From Spirochaetia bacterium (GTDB taxonomy: Bacteria > Spirochaetota > Spirochaetia > SZUA-6 > Bin103), in the NCBI GenBank assembly GCA_965203905.1, contig CBDBDQ010000005.1, positions 384,001 to 448,000 on the forward strand: a DNA stretch of 64,000 nucleotides, given 5' to 3'. The position numbers and the translations under genes are program-made. Below the pieces are notes generated by a model. The model was not told where the DNA came from and made no database searches. It saw nothing but the letters and a program-made list of their open reading frames with translations. Below are positions 18,474 through 30,080 of this stretch, one piece after another. Numbering within the stretch: the first letter of the stretch is position 1; each line of letters starts with the position of its first letter.

Positions 18474-20234
18474 ATGGGAAACGGATCGAACAACGGTGTG
18501 GCCGCTCCGCTCGACCTGGAGCAGCGCGCCGAGCTTGCCCTCAACGCGCTCACCCGCAACGTCGATCCCGCGTTGCGTTACACCCCCTACTTCGACTGCC
18601 GCCTGGAGCTCGATCCGCCGGTGCTCAGCCATCATCCCTACTGGGACCACTGCGACGGCACCGGCCGCGCCGTCTCCGCCCTGCTGCTGGCACGCGAGAT
18701 GACGGGCAGCGGCTACCGTAGCGAGACCGACGCTCACCTCGAACGACTGGTCGCCTCCTATCAGGGTGCGCAGGGCCTGTGCTGGATCCCCGCGCCCGAC
18801 TATCCCCCCGCCCCTACCCGGCGGCCGCGCCCGCCGGTGGCGGAGTTCTGGGGCCAGCGCGGCTGCCTGATGGCGTTTGTGACCGCCTACCAGCGCAGCA
18901 CCGACGATGAGGAACGCGCCGCCCTGCGGCAGCGGATCGACGCGCTGATCCACGGGCTCAAGGGCATCGCCATCGAGCGCGACGGATACTGCTACTATCC
19001 GGTGCCGGCGGATGACCGTCCCGTCGACGCCGATGAGCTTTTCTACCCCCGTGGCGGGTGGGCAGGGGGCGAGGAGCCGGACGGCACCGGCGTGATGTGC
19101 GCGACGGCTCCCATCATCCGGCCGATCGTGCAGTACCTGATGACCGGCGCCGGCAATCCCGAGGCCCGCGCCCTGTGCGACGGGTTGGCGCGCTACGTGG
19201 TGGAACGCGGCGGCGACTACGGAGCCGACGGCAGCTTCCGCGGCCATTTTCACAGCCGGGTGGCCACCGCCGCCGGGATCCTGCGGTGGGGGCGGTACTC
19301 GGGACAGGCCGACCTGGTGCGGTGGGCGCACCAGGTCTACCGCTACGCCCGCGGCATCGGCACCCGGTTCGGCTGGTTCCCCGAGTTCGTGGGCCAGCAC
19401 GCCTGCGAGACCTGCTGCATCACCGACATGATCGACCTGGCCATCCTGCTGGCCGGCGCCGGATACCGGGAGTACTGGGGCGACGCGGAGCGGTTCGGGC
19501 GCAACCACCTGGTGGAATCGCAGTTCCTCGATGCCGCCTGGGAGCGCCAGGTGCCGAAGCTCTCCCCCACGGCCGCCGCCGAGTACATCGCCGCGTGTCC
19601 GCCGGCGCAACTGAAGCGCGCCGGTGTGCGCGACGTGTTGCCCGGGGCATTCTCCGGCGGCAGCGCACCCAATGCTGTAGTCGACACGCGCCGCGGCCAC
19701 TGGTGGATGGGCTGCTGCAACGCCCATGGCGTGCACGGCCTGTACCTGCTGTGGCAGCACGCGGTGCGCGCAACGCCGGCCGCGGTGCGGGTCAACCTGC
19801 TGTTCAGCCGCTCCACGCCGTGGGCCGACGTCCGCAGCCATCTTCCACGGGCGGGCACGGTCGAAGTGACCATGCGCCAGCACGGAGCGCTGTCCGTCCG
19901 CATTCCTGACGATGTCCGGCATGACGAGATCACCGTCGATTCGCCCAACCGCTGGGCCTGGAACGACGGGTCCGTGGAGGTCGACGGCCTGGTGCCGGGG
20001 CAGGAGGTGGCGATCAACTTCCCGCTGACGGAACATGACGAGACGGTGCGCGTGCTCGGTGACGAGTATCGCGTGTCCTGGTGCGGCGACACGGTGCTGG
20101 CGATCGACCCGCCGGGACGCGCCGGACCTCTGTATCAGCGCCGCACCGGGCCACCCGCAGCCGGCGTGCCGCGCGCGAACGGAAACGGTAGTCGCGCCTC
20201 GCGCCCACCACGCTGTTCCCGAATCGAGTGGTAG
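18474..20234 (+). CDS. GH127/GH146-like (beta-L-arabinofuranosidase-type) protein
   Basis: CETCCITDM and GCCNAHG Cys motifs, C-terminal VRIPD beta-sandwich. Confidence 0.65.
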   Translation: MGNGSNNGVAAPLDLEQRAELALNALTRNVDPALRYTPYFDCRLELDPPVLSHHPYWDHCDGTGRAVSALLLAREMTGSGYRSETDAHLERLVASYQGAQGLCWIPAPDYPPAPTRRPRPPVAEFWGQRGCLMAFVTAYQRSTDDEERAALRQRIDALIHGLKGIAIERDGYCYYPVPADDRPVDADELFYPRGGWAGGEEPDGTGVMCATAPIIRPIVQYLMTGAGNPEARALCDGLARYVVERGGDYGADGSFRGHFHSRVATAAGILRWGRYSGQADLVRWAHQVYRYARGIGTRFGWFPEFVGQHACETCCITDMIDLAILLAGAGYREYWGDAERFGRNHLVESQFLDAAWERQVPKLSPTAAAEYIAACPPAQLKRAGVRDVLPGAFSGGSAPNAVVDTRRGHWWMGCCNAHGVHGLYLLWQHAVRATPAAVRVNLLFSRSTPWADVRSHLPRAGTVEVTMRQHGALSVRIPDDVRHDEITVDSPNRWAWNDGSVEVDGLVPGQEVAINFPLTEHDETVRVLGDEYRVSWCGDTVLAIDPPGRAGPLYQRRTGPPAAGVPRANGNGSRASRPPRCSRIEW

Positions 20235-20249
20235 GCCGGGATGCTCCGG

Positions 20250-21311
20250 TTACCGGATGACCGTCACCGTCTGCGGGCGTAGTTCGGCGAGGGGCGCGGT
20301 GGCCAGCGTCGACAGGTAATTGGGAATGCTGCCCGCCGGTGACAGCCCGTTCTCGATGCGCCAACGAGCCTGATCCTCCATGGCGAGCAACAGTGCCTGC
20401 GGGAGCTCGACCAGGAAGTCATGTCGCGGCCATGAGTAGTCCACGTACGCCGCGTCGTAGCCGAAGCGGCGGGCCAGGCGCGCTTTGCTGTCCTCCGGAT
20501 CTTCGCCGGCGCGTTGCTCGCTTGCCAGCACCGCTTCGAGCAACGCCCGCGCCGCCGCGGGATGCTCGGCGAGCCACCGATCGGTGGTAACCAGTACGAA
20601 GTAGTATTGCTGCCAGCGCTGGCCCGGCCAGCCAACTGCGTTGTCCGCCAGCTCCTGGCGCATCCGGTACACGTTCGGGTCCCAGGTGAAGCCGGCATCG
20701 ATCGTGCCCGCCAGGAGATCCGTGACGATCGCGCTCGGCGGAAGATCGACCAGCTCCACGTCGGACACGTTCAACCCGTTCAAGGTCAGAAACACGCCGA
20801 GCAGGAACTCGCCGGCACTCTTGCGCGTGACGCCGATCCTCCGGCCGACGAGATCCTGCGGTTCACGGACGCGATCGCGCCGGGCCACCAGCTCGTTGTT
20901 GTTCGCGATGGCCACCGTGGCCAGGATTCGCAACTCGGGGTGCTCGAATGAGTTGCTCACGACCACGAATTCCGCGGCCGTGGCCACGTCCACGTCGCCG
21001 GCGAGCAGTGCATCTACCGCCAGCTTGCCCGCCTCGAACGGCACCATCTCGACGTCCAGGCCGTGCGCGGCGAACAGGCCATGCTCATGGGCCAGCCACG
21101 CGAGCGCCCCGGTGTCTCCGGCGTAGGCCCCGAGTCGCAACGACCCGACCTCGGTCGCGGCCCGGCCGCCGCCGGATGCGATCATGGGCACGGCGACCAG
21201 CACCAGCAGCGAGATGCCCCAACGGAGGACGGCGCTCGGCCAGGTGGTCCTCACCCGGCGGACGCAGCACGCGTGGGCTCCGCCGGCCACGCCGTGGGCC
21301 GAACGGGACAT
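20250..21311 (-). CDS. NMT1/SsuA/NrtA-type substrate-binding protein (start uncertain)
   Basis: GLFAAHGLDVE, DLVGRRIGV, DAGFTWDP motifs; hydrophobic segment near N-terminus. Confidence 0.85.
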   Translation of the reverse strand: MSRSAHGVAGGAHACCVRRVRTTWPSAVLRWGISLLVLVAVPMIASGGGRAATEVGSLRLGAYAGDTGALAWLAHEHGLFAAHGLDVEMVPFEAGKLAVDALLAGDVDVATAAEFVVVSNSFEHPELRILATVAIANNNELVARRDRVREPQDLVGRRIGVTRKSAGEFLLGVFLTLNGLNVSDVELVDLPPSAIVTDLLAGTIDAGFTWDPNVYRMRQELADNAVGWPGQRWQQYYFVLVTTDRWLAEHPAAARALLEAVLASEQRAGEDPEDSKARLARRFGYDAAYVDYSWPRHDFLVELPQALLLAMEDQARWRIENGLSPAGSIPNYLSTLATAPLAELRPQTVTVIR

Positions 21312-21321
21312 CCGGGTTCCC

Positions 21322-21819
21322 CTATCCGTGCCTGCCGAACAAGCCTCGTTTCTTCGTCGGCTCCTGCTCCGGCTCCGGCGCTCGACGGGGCGCCATCGAG
21401 GCGGCAGTCGGAGCATACCGCAGACCGTGGACGAGGCGATTGAACCGCTCCACGTCCAGGGGCTTCCTGGCCCACCGGCTCGGGTGCATCCCGAGATTCG
21501 TCAGCAGGTCCGATTCCTGTTCCCGGCTGGTCAGAATGAGCACCGGTATATGGCTCAACTCCGGGTCCGCCCTCATCTCCTCCAGCACCTGCAAGCCGTC
21601 CTTCTTCGGCATGTTCAGGTCCAGCAGAATCAGGTCCGGGCGCGGCGTACCGGCGTGAGATCCCTGCTGGCGCAGGCACTCCATCGCTACTTCGCCATCC
21701 TCGGCGACAGTGAAGTTGAGCGGCGTATCCACGTCCCGCAGGAGGCGCTGCGTCAACTGCACGTCACCGGGATTATCCTCGACCAGAAGGATCTCGATCT
21801 TGTCAGGTTGTTCCGCCAC
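21322..21819 (-). CDS. Single-domain response regulator with C-terminal extension
   Basis: ILLVEDNPGD, PDLILLDLNMPKKDG, VLILTS, KP; SD GAGGAGG. Confidence 0.9.
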   Translation of the reverse strand: MAEQPDKIEILLVEDNPGDVQLTQRLLRDVDTPLNFTVAEDGEVAMECLRQQGSHAGTPRPDLILLDLNMPKKDGLQVLEEMRADPELSHIPVLILTSREQESDLLTNLGMHPSRWARKPLDVERFNRLVHGLRYAPTAASMAPRRAPEPEQEPTKKRGLFGRHG

Positions 21820-21874
21820 CAGTTCCTCCTCCGCGTTGTCGGCTTGCAGGCCAAGCCACCGCGCTTTCCATCAA

Positions 21875-22111
21875 TCAGGTACGCGGGTGCACCACGACGT
21901 TGTCTTCCACGTCGTAGTCGTCGCCGGCGTGCCGCGTAGCGACCCGCAGGACAGCCTGTTTCTCAGATTCGGAGCGCACCGCGCCAAACACGTCGAGGAG
22001 CTGTCGCCGATTGAAGAGTCCTTTTGCGCGTCTGATCTCCACGCCCAGGTGGGACGTATCGATGTTCTGACCGGAAAGATCGCTGAGGATAGTCTCGGAA
22101 ACGTCCGCCAT
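21875..22111 (-). CDS. Small hypothetical protein, possibly BON-domain-like
   Basis: LDVFGAVRSESEKQAVLRVA...VEDNVVV resembles the BON beta-alpha-beta pattern. Confidence 0.5.
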   Translation of the reverse strand: MADVSETILSDLSGQNIDTSHLGVEIRRAKGLFNRRQLLDVFGAVRSESEKQAVLRVATRHAGDDYDVEDNVVVHPRT

Positions 22112-22262
22112 TTGGGTGCCACCTCCGCAACCGTGGGTGCCCGATCGGCGTCCGCAGCCACGTGATTGTCATTCCATCGTGGCCCACACGGGCACTCACG
22201 TCAACCACGATCGCGGAGTTGCTCGGAGTTGCGCGGTCGCGTGCCGTCGAAACGGGTACCCG

Positions 22263-23376
<1,114 letters not shown>

Positions 23377-23384
<8 letters not shown>

Positions 23385-23835
23385 CGGAGTGTACCGACGG
23401 CAGCTTCACCACGGTCAGCCAGAAGTCCTCGAGCGAGCGGACGATCCTCAGGAACTGCTCCATGTCTACCGGCTTGGAGATGTAGCAGTTGGCGTGCAAC
23501 CGGTAGCTGCGCACGACGTCCTCCTCCGCTTTCGAGCCGGTCAGCACGACTACCGGAATCTGCTTCAGGTGATCGTCCGCCTTGATCTCCCGCAGCACCG
23601 AGCGGCCGTCCTTGCGCGGCAGGTCGAGGTCGAGCAGGATGAGGTCCGGCTCCGGCGCGGTGGCGTAATCACCGGTGCGCCGCAGGAACTCCAGCGCCCG
23701 GACCCCGTCGCCCACCACGTGCAGCCGGTGCAGGACGCAGCCCTCCTTGAGTGCCTCGGTCGTCAACTCGGCATCGTCGGGTGAGTCCTCCACCAGCAGG
23801 ATTTCCACCGGTCGCACCTGCGCGCTGTCAGTCAT
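23377..23835 (-). CDS. Single-domain response regulator (Rcp1-like)
   Basis: ILLVEDSPDD, LLDLDLPRKDG, SYRLHANCYISKPVD. Confidence 0.92.
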
Positions 23836-25339
23836 GGTCTTCGCCCTCCTTCGGCGTTGCGGGCACGGTAAAGAAGAAGGTGGCGCCGGCGCCCGGCCTC
23901 GACTCCACCCAGATGCGGCCACCCATGCTCTCCGCCGCTTTCTTGCACACCGCCAGCCCGATCCCGGTACCGGAGTATTCCGCTCGCGTGTGCAGCCGCT
24001 TGAAGATGTCAAAAATGCGGCCGGCGTGCTCCGGCGGGATGCCGATGCCGTTGTCGCTGACCGCGAACTCCCACTCCTGCGCCCGGCGCCGGCAAGAAAT
24101 CTCGACTTCAGGGGGCCGCTCGGCGCGAAACTTCAGCGCATTGCCGATCAGGTTGCGCAACAACTGTGCCAGCAGCGCCGGATCGGCGCGCACGTTCGGC
24201 AGCGCGCGCCAGGTGACCGACGCTTCCGACTCGCGCGTCGTGCGTTCCAGATTGGCCAGCTCTTGCGCCACGATCGCTCCGACGTCGACCGGCGCCAGAG
24301 CGGCGGCGTCACGGCCCACCCGTGAGTACTGGAGCAGGTCGAGAATCAGCTTCTCCATGCGTGCTGCCGCGGCCACGATGCGTTGCAGGTAGCGCTCGCC
24401 GTCACCACCGATGCGGCCCTGGTAGCGGCGCGTCAGAAAACCCGCGAACCCCGTGATGGAGCGAAGGGGCTCCTGGAGGTCGTGGGATGCCACATACGCG
24501 AACTGCTCCAGTTCGGCATTGGACCGTTCGAGCTCGCGCGTGCGCCTCTGCAGGAGGGATTGCGCCCGCATGGTTCGGTTCACCTCGGCCTGCAACTCCT
24601 CGCGGGAAACGGTCAGACTGCGCAGACGCCGAGTCATCTTGTCGAAGGCCTGCGACAGCTCCCCGATCTCATCCTGTGCCGCCATCCCGACTCGATGGTC
24701 CAACTGACCGGCACCGACGATCTCGGTACCGGCCTGCAGCTTGCGCAACGGCCGCACGACGCCAACCAGAACCAGGGCCAGCAGGCCGCCGACGATGCCG
24801 ACCATCACCACCAGGGCGGACATGACCAGGCGCGTGGTACGAGCCTGGGTACGAGCCAGCCGACCGCGGGTACGCGCGGCCAGCTCCAAGGACCCGGCCG
24901 CCGCCTCCTGCAGGCGCACCGCCAAGTGACTGGCCAGACGTGCCCGCAATTCCGGGGAGGCGCCACGTTCCTGCACCGCGTCCGCGGCGTTCGCGAGTCG
25001 CTCGAACAGCTCGGCGGCCGCGCTGTGGTCGAGCTCGATTCGTGCCACGATGTCGCGGTCACCGGGTTCCTGGAAACGCTCCTGTGCCGTCGCGAGCAGC
25101 GCCGCTGCGCTCTGGTAGCCGATCTCCCATTGCTGACGCGGTCGTTCGCCCCCGTACACGGCAAAATCGTTGGCCACCAGCGACAGGTTCAGGGCCGCTT
25201 CGACCACCTCGACGGCAACTCGCTCGCGCTCCAGGGCGTCGTTCATGTCGCGGCGAAGCTGCACCAGGACGCCGACGCCGAATACCGCCAGCAGCGTGCT
25301 CGCGGCGAACGCGATGTTGAATTTGCGTCGCAGGCTCAC
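23828..25339 (-). CDS. Membrane sensor histidine kinase with HAMP domain
   Basis: Two TM helices, HAMP (DEIGELSQAFDKM), VASHDLQEPLR, HATPase boxes. Confidence 0.93.
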   Translation of the reverse strand: MSLRRKFNIAFAASTLLAVFGVGVLVQLRRDMNDALERERVAVEVVEAALNLSLVANDFAVYGGERPRQQWEIGYQSAAALLATAQERFQEPGDRDIVARIELDHSAAAELFERLANAADAVQERGASPELRARLASHLAVRLQEAAAGSLELAARTRGRLARTQARTTRLVMSALVVMVGIVGGLLALVLVGVVRPLRKLQAGTEIVGAGQLDHRVGMAAQDEIGELSQAFDKMTRRLRSLTVSREELQAEVNRTMRAQSLLQRRTRELERSNAELEQFAYVASHDLQEPLRSITGFAGFLTRRYQGRIGGDGERYLQRIVAAAARMEKLILDLLQYSRVGRDAAALAPVDVGAIVAQELANLERTTRESEASVTWRALPNVRADPALLAQLLRNLIGNALKFRAERPPEVEISCRRRAQEWEFAVSDNGIGIPPEHAGRIFDIFKRLHTRAEYSGTGIGLAVCKKAAESMGGRIWVESRPGAGATFFFTVPATPKEGEDHD

Positions 25340-25367
25340 CGACTACCCCCGCACCACCGAAGCACCG

Positions 25368-25395
25368 ATTATAGCGGAACTGCGCCGCGCGTCAG
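25368..25395 (-). promoter_or_regulatory. Putative promoter of the signalling operon
   Basis: CTGACG-16 nt-TATAAT upstream of the kinase start. Confidence 0.5.
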
Positions 25396-25399
25396 TGAG

Positions 25400-25980
25400 T
25401 CACCACCGGACGATGTGCTTGCGGGGCACGAATCCGGTCGCTGCCTTGATCGGCGCCTCGTCGCGACGCAGGTGGCCGCGCCGGTACAGCGGATAGCTCG
25501 CCGGCCTCTCGTCACGGGGCTCGATCTCCACCAGGGTGCTGCCGCGAAAGGTGCAGGTGAAGCGCCGCTCCATCTCGGTGCGGGAGTTCACGGTATAGCT
25601 CGCGGTGGACTCGTGAACCGGAAACCGGAGCGTGATCTCGGCGCCTGGCCGCAGGTCTTCGAACACCACGTACCCGCCCAGCCACCCGGGCGCCACCTCG
25701 CGGCCGGACACGAGGAACGCGATCCGATGGTGCCGCGCCCAGTGGGGAATCCGGACCGCAATCCGCCGTTTGCACCTGTTGCGAATGATCACCTTGCCGG
25801 CAAACGGGAGATGGCTCGCAACCTCGAGCCCGGCCGCGACCCGGTTGAGCAGCAGGTTCACGGTGGCGGAGTCGCCTCGCTCGCGCACGGCCCCCTCCCA
25901 CGCATAGTAGAGACCCTGCGCCGCCGTTCCCGTGCAGCACTGCATCGACCACACCCAGCCGTCGGGAATGCAGTCGGGCC
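25400..25980 (-). pseudogene. C-terminal fragment of a GH127-like protein
   Basis: MQCCTG, VNLLLNR, VRIPHW, YPLYRR match the C-terminal part of 18474-20234; no start or N-terminal domain. Confidence 0.7.
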
Positions 25981-26694
25981 GAGGCTGAGGATGAACAGGA
26001 TGATGATGGTGGGGAGGATGGATGCCACCGAGACGTGGATCATGCGCTGCACCCGATTGGCGCCGTCGACCAGCGACGCCTCGTACAGCTCCGGATCCAC
26101 CCCGGACAGCGCGGCCAGAAATATGATGCTGTTCCAGCCCACCGTCTGCCACACGCCGGAGCCGATGAAAATGGTGCGGAACCAGCCGGGACGGGCGAAG
26201 AAGTGCACCGGCTCCAGGCCGACACTGGCGATCAGATCGTTGACGATCCCGTGCAGGGAGAGGAGTTCCTTCAGCAGTCCGACGATGATCACGGTGGAGA
26301 TGAAGTGGGGCAGATAGGAGATGGTCTGCACCACCTTCTTGTAGGCGCCGTTGCCGATCTCGTTGAGCAGCAGGGCCAGCAGGATCGGGGCGGGAAAGGT
26401 CCACAGCAGCGAGTACAGGCCGAGCAGAAAGGTGTTCTTGAGCAGCCGGCCCATGTAGGGGCTGTCGAAGAACAGCTCGAACCAGCGCAGGCCGACCCAC
26501 GGACTGCCGAGGATTCCCCTGCCGATGCGATAGTCCTTGAAGGCCAGCACGATGCCGTAGATCGGCAGGTAGTGGAACAGGATCACCAGGGTCACCGCGG
26601 GCACCGCCATGGCCAGCAGGTACTTCTGCGCCGCCAGGTCCCGTAGCAACCCCCGCTTCTTGCCGGCTGCCAGGATGACCCGATCCGTCGCCAT
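25981..26694 (-). pseudogene. Carbohydrate ABC permease (LplB-like), 3' truncated
   Basis: Aligns with 59533-60510 (SPWVGL, ELYEA, IIILFIL) but stops before the GFEKV...DVI region. Confidence 0.8.
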
Positions 26695-27678
26695 CTACTC
26701 GTAACGGATGCGCGGGTCGATGATCGCCAGGATGATGTCGGAGATGAGGATGCCGGCGACCGTCATTATGCCGATCAGGACCACGAAGGCTCCCGCCAGC
26801 GCCATGTCCTCGCTGCGCAGCGCCTGCAGGAAGACCGGCCCCGCCGTGGGCAGGTCGAGCACCACGGCGGTGATCACCGCGCCCGAGATCAGCGACGGCA
26901 GCACCCAGCCGACGCTGGAGACAAAGGGGTTGACCGCAATGCGCAACGGATACCGGATCACCAGCCGAATCTCGTTCAGCCCGCGGGCGCGCGCCGCCTC
27001 CACGTAGGGCTTCTTCAACTCGTCGAGCAGGTTGGCGCGCAGCACCCGGATCAGGCTCGCGGTGCCGGCCGTGCCCACCACCACCACGGGAATCCACAGG
27101 TGCTGCAGCAGGTCGAACACCTTGGCGAAGCTCCACGGCGCCTCCTGGTACTCGGGCGAGAACAACCCGCCGATGCCGGCACCCAGGTACTTGAAGGACA
27201 CGAACATCAGCACCAGGGCAAGCAGGAAATTGGGAATCGACAGGCCCAGGAACCCGGCGAAGGTCCAGAAGTAGTCGCCCGCCGAGTATTGGCGCAACGC
27301 CGAGTAGAGGCCGATCGGGAACGCCACCATCCAGGAAAACAGCAACGCCGACACGGTCACCAGGACGGTGCCGGCGAGGCGCGACAGCAGCACCTCCCGC
27401 ACCGGCACTCCCAGGTCGTGGGAGAGACCGAAGTCTCCCGTCACGAAGTTCCTCGCCCAGAAGAAGTAGCGCACGTAGGCGGGACGGTCGAGGCCCCAGC
27501 GGTGGCGCAGCACCTCCTCCATCTCCGGGGTGACTTCGCGGCCCGCCCACTGCTGCCGCATCACGTAGGTGCTGGCATAGTCTCCCGGCGGCAGCTCGAT
27601 GACGATGAAGGCGATCACCGAGATGGCGATGATGGTCGGCACCGCCAGCAGCAGGCGGCGCACGATATAGCTCAGCAT
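26695..27678 (-). CDS. ABC transporter permease (DppB-like)
   Basis: IELPPGDY, AARARGL, DPRIRYE. Confidence 0.93.
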   Translation of the reverse strand: MLSYIVRRLLLAVPTIIAISVIAFIVIELPPGDYASTYVMRQQWAGREVTPEMEEVLRHRWGLDRPAYVRYFFWARNFVTGDFGLSHDLGVPVREVLLSRLAGTVLVTVSALLFSWMVAFPIGLYSALRQYSAGDYFWTFAGFLGLSIPNFLLALVLMFVSFKYLGAGIGGLFSPEYQEAPWSFAKVFDLLQHLWIPVVVVGTAGTASLIRVLRANLLDELKKPYVEAARARGLNEIRLVIRYPLRIAVNPFVSSVGWVLPSLISGAVITAVVLDLPTAGPVFLQALRSEDMALAGAFVVLIGIMTVAGILISDIILAIIDPRIRYE

Positions 27679-27694
27679 GCGCCCGCGGAAGCAG

Positions 27695-27723
27695 TGCGGA
27701 GCGCCGGTTTCCGGCGCCCCGCA
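27695..27723 (-). terminator. Intercistronic stem-loop after SBP
   Basis: TGCGGAGCGCCGG-TTT-CCGGCGCCCCGCA inverted repeat. Confidence 0.5.
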
Positions 27724-27756
27724 GTAGCGAACATCACAACATCAGGAGGCGAATCC

Positions 27757-29775
27757 TTACTCGAGGTACCACAGCCAGGGCCGGCCGTTGTCGCCGCGGT
27801 TCCACATGGCGAACTCGGTCGGGATGTTGCGCAGATCGGGGTTGTAGGTCACCACGAACCCGCCCGGGCTGAGGATGCCGATCACCCACAACGTGTCGGC
27901 CGCGATGTCGGTGATGGTCTTGAACTGCGCCTTGCGCTCCTCGGGGTCGAAGGAGTTCAGGATCACCTGGTACGCCTCCCACACCTGCAGCAACTCGGGG
28001 ATCGGCTGCTCGCCGGTCTCTCCGTTGCTGCGCAGCCACCAGTTCCACTGCGGCGCCCAGAACGTCACCGGACAGGGTATGCCGAGCTGGCACGAGAACT
28101 GCGGGACGCCCTCGTTGCCGAACCAGGTAAAGCCGTTGATGAACACGTCGATCTCGTTGTTCTTGACCAGCTCCTGGCCGTGCCCCCACTCCACCATGCG
28201 GATGGTGGTGAACAGCCCCACCTCCTTGAGGTTGTCGACGATGATCTCGGCGGTCTTGTCGAGCGCCCAGGGGATCATGCTGATCATGTTGAGCTCCAGG
28301 CGGGTGCCGTCGGGGCGCAGCCGCCAGTTGTCCGCGTCACGCTGGTCGAGTCCGGCCGCATCCAGCAGCTCGTTGGCCTTGGCCTGGTCGAACTCGATGG
28401 CGGTGGTGCACAGCCGTTCGTTGTAGTAGGGGGAGCGCTCGCTCTCGCACGCCTGCTGCGGTTCCAGCATGCCGCTGTAGACCAGCTCGTTGAGCAACTC
28501 GCGATTGATGGCGTGCGACACGCCGAAGCGGAAGCTCTTGTTCTGGAAGATCTCTCTCGTCACGGGATCGGGCGCGGTGAGGTTGAACTCGATGGTGGCC
28601 ATGTTGTACTGCGAGTGCGCCCAGCGGGTGACCTTGATCTTGCCGCCGCTCTCCTCCTGCTTGGCCACCGGGAAGAAGTCCAGCGCGCCGGTGGCGAACA
28701 TGTCGTCCTGGCCGGCCAGGGCGCGCAGCTTGGCGGTCTCGATGTCGGCCACCACCTCTTTCCGCACGATGTCGAAGTAGGGAAGCTGGTTGCCGGCGAT
28801 GTCCACGGCGTGGAAGTAGGGGTTGCGGTGGTAGATCTCGGTCTTGGCCGGTGCCCCCTGGATCAGCATCCACGGGGTCATGACCGGCTTGTCGACGTTG
28901 GCGTTCTGGCTCCAGCGGTTGGTCTTGTTCTCCAGCAGGTCGACCCAGCCGGTGAACCCGCCCTCCTTGATGAGCGCCGCCAGCTCGTCCGCGTCCGCGT
29001 AGTCGGGATGGAACTGCTTCAGGTACTCCTTGGGATAGAGCGGCGGCAGGGTCATCAGGTCCTCGACGTTCTCCTCCAGGTGGTAGGGAGCGTCGGCGAC
29101 GATCTTCCAGGTGATGTCGTCCACCGCTTCGAACACCAGCGGCGCGCCGCCGGTCAACAGCACGTAGTTGGTCTGCGGCTGGAACTCCTTGTTGTTGGCC
29201 AGGTCGTCGTACCAGAACATCACGTCGCCGGTGGACCATGGGGTTCCGTCCGACCACTTGAGGCCGCGGCGCATGGTGATGATCCAGGTCTTGCCGCCGT
29301 CCGGCGACTCGAACGACTCCGCCAGGTTTGGAAAGATGTTCTGGGTGTACTCCTTCTCGGCGCTGATGAAGTGCTGCTTCTCGGCGCTGGTCGGCCCCAT
29401 GTAGGGGGTCCAGGAGTTGATCTGCAGGGTGCCGCCGTACTTGCCGATGCTCCTGTCCGTGGAGAACGGGAGTTGCACCAACGGCTGCTCGGGAAGCCGC
29501 TCCTCCACCGGCGGCAGCTTGCCCTCGGCCACCAGCGCCGCCGTCATCGGCGACTCATTGTACTGCGCGATGGTGCGGCCGGTAAGGCGTTCGAATTCCG
29601 CCACCGTGAAGTAGGTGTCACGGTCGAGGCCCGCGAAGTCCGCCGTTGGCGCGGCGGCCTCCGGGCCGGCCGTGGATGCGGCGCCCTCGGACTCCCCTCC
29701 CGCACTGACCGCTACTGCGGCCAGAACCAGGAATGCCGACGCGATGAGACAGATGCCTGCTGCGGATCGATTCAT
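27757..29775 (-). CDS. ABC transporter substrate-binding protein, family 5
   Basis: Signal peptide from ATG 29775, GKLPPVEERLP, KWSDG, GNQLPYFD. Confidence 0.92.
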   Translation of the reverse strand: MNRSAAGICLIASAFLVLAAVAVSAGGESEGAASTAGPEAAAPTADFAGLDRDTYFTVAEFERLTGRTIAQYNESPMTAALVAEGKLPPVEERLPEQPLVQLPFSTDRSIGKYGGTLQINSWTPYMGPTSAEKQHFISAEKEYTQNIFPNLAESFESPDGGKTWIITMRRGLKWSDGTPWSTGDVMFWYDDLANNKEFQPQTNYVLLTGGAPLVFEAVDDITWKIVADAPYHLEENVEDLMTLPPLYPKEYLKQFHPDYADADELAALIKEGGFTGWVDLLENKTNRWSQNANVDKPVMTPWMLIQGAPAKTEIYHRNPYFHAVDIAGNQLPYFDIVRKEVVADIETAKLRALAGQDDMFATGALDFFPVAKQEESGGKIKVTRWAHSQYNMATIEFNLTAPDPVTREIFQNKSFRFGVSHAINRELLNELVYSGMLEPQQACESERSPYYNERLCTTAIEFDQAKANELLDAAGLDQRDADNWRLRPDGTRLELNMISMIPWALDKTAEIIVDNLKEVGLFTTIRMVEWGHGQELVKNNEIDVFINGFTWFGNEGVPQFSCQLGIPCPVTFWAPQWNWWLRSNGETGEQPIPELLQVWEAYQVILNSFDPEERKAQFKTITDIAADTLWVIGILSPGGFVVTYNPDLRNIPTEFAMWNRGDNGRPWLWYLE

Positions 29776-29989
29776 GACGATCCTCCTCGCCTTGGTATAC
29801 CTGCCACCCGGCAGGTGTGCCGCGCGCCCCGGCTCGCCGTGCATTACGGCCTCGCCGTCCGGTCACGCAGCGTAGTCCCCATTCAGTACCGAACCGCCGC
29901 TCCTGTCAAATGAGTGTCGCGCGCCGCACGCACAGTGCGCACGGCAGGTCTTGGCGTAGCGCACTTCTGGCGAACGCCATGGTGGACTC

Positions 29990-30080
29990 GGTATCGCGCG
30001 GCCCAGACCAGATAGCTGACGATCAGCTTGCTATCGGTATACAGCGCCGTGAACGTCCAAGCGTCGCCAGCTTGCTGCGG
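29990..30080 (-). mobile_element. IS1-family-like transposase fragment
   Basis: AGDAWTFTALYTDSKLIVSYLV resembles the GDxWTxxAxDxDSKLIxSxLVG DDE segment; only about 30 codons remain. Confidence 0.6.

Noticed and set aside
25400-27550. 716-aa ORF as a single protein
   Set aside because: The first ~520 codons are an alternative frame over two permeases; only the C-terminal ~190 aa look like real protein.
27100-29913. Long antisense ORFs (937 aa here; also 5578-7482, 14112-15797, 24383-26317 and most of 17541-20036)
   Set aside because: Shadow frames of real opposite-strand genes, expected in high-GC DNA; no recognisable motifs.
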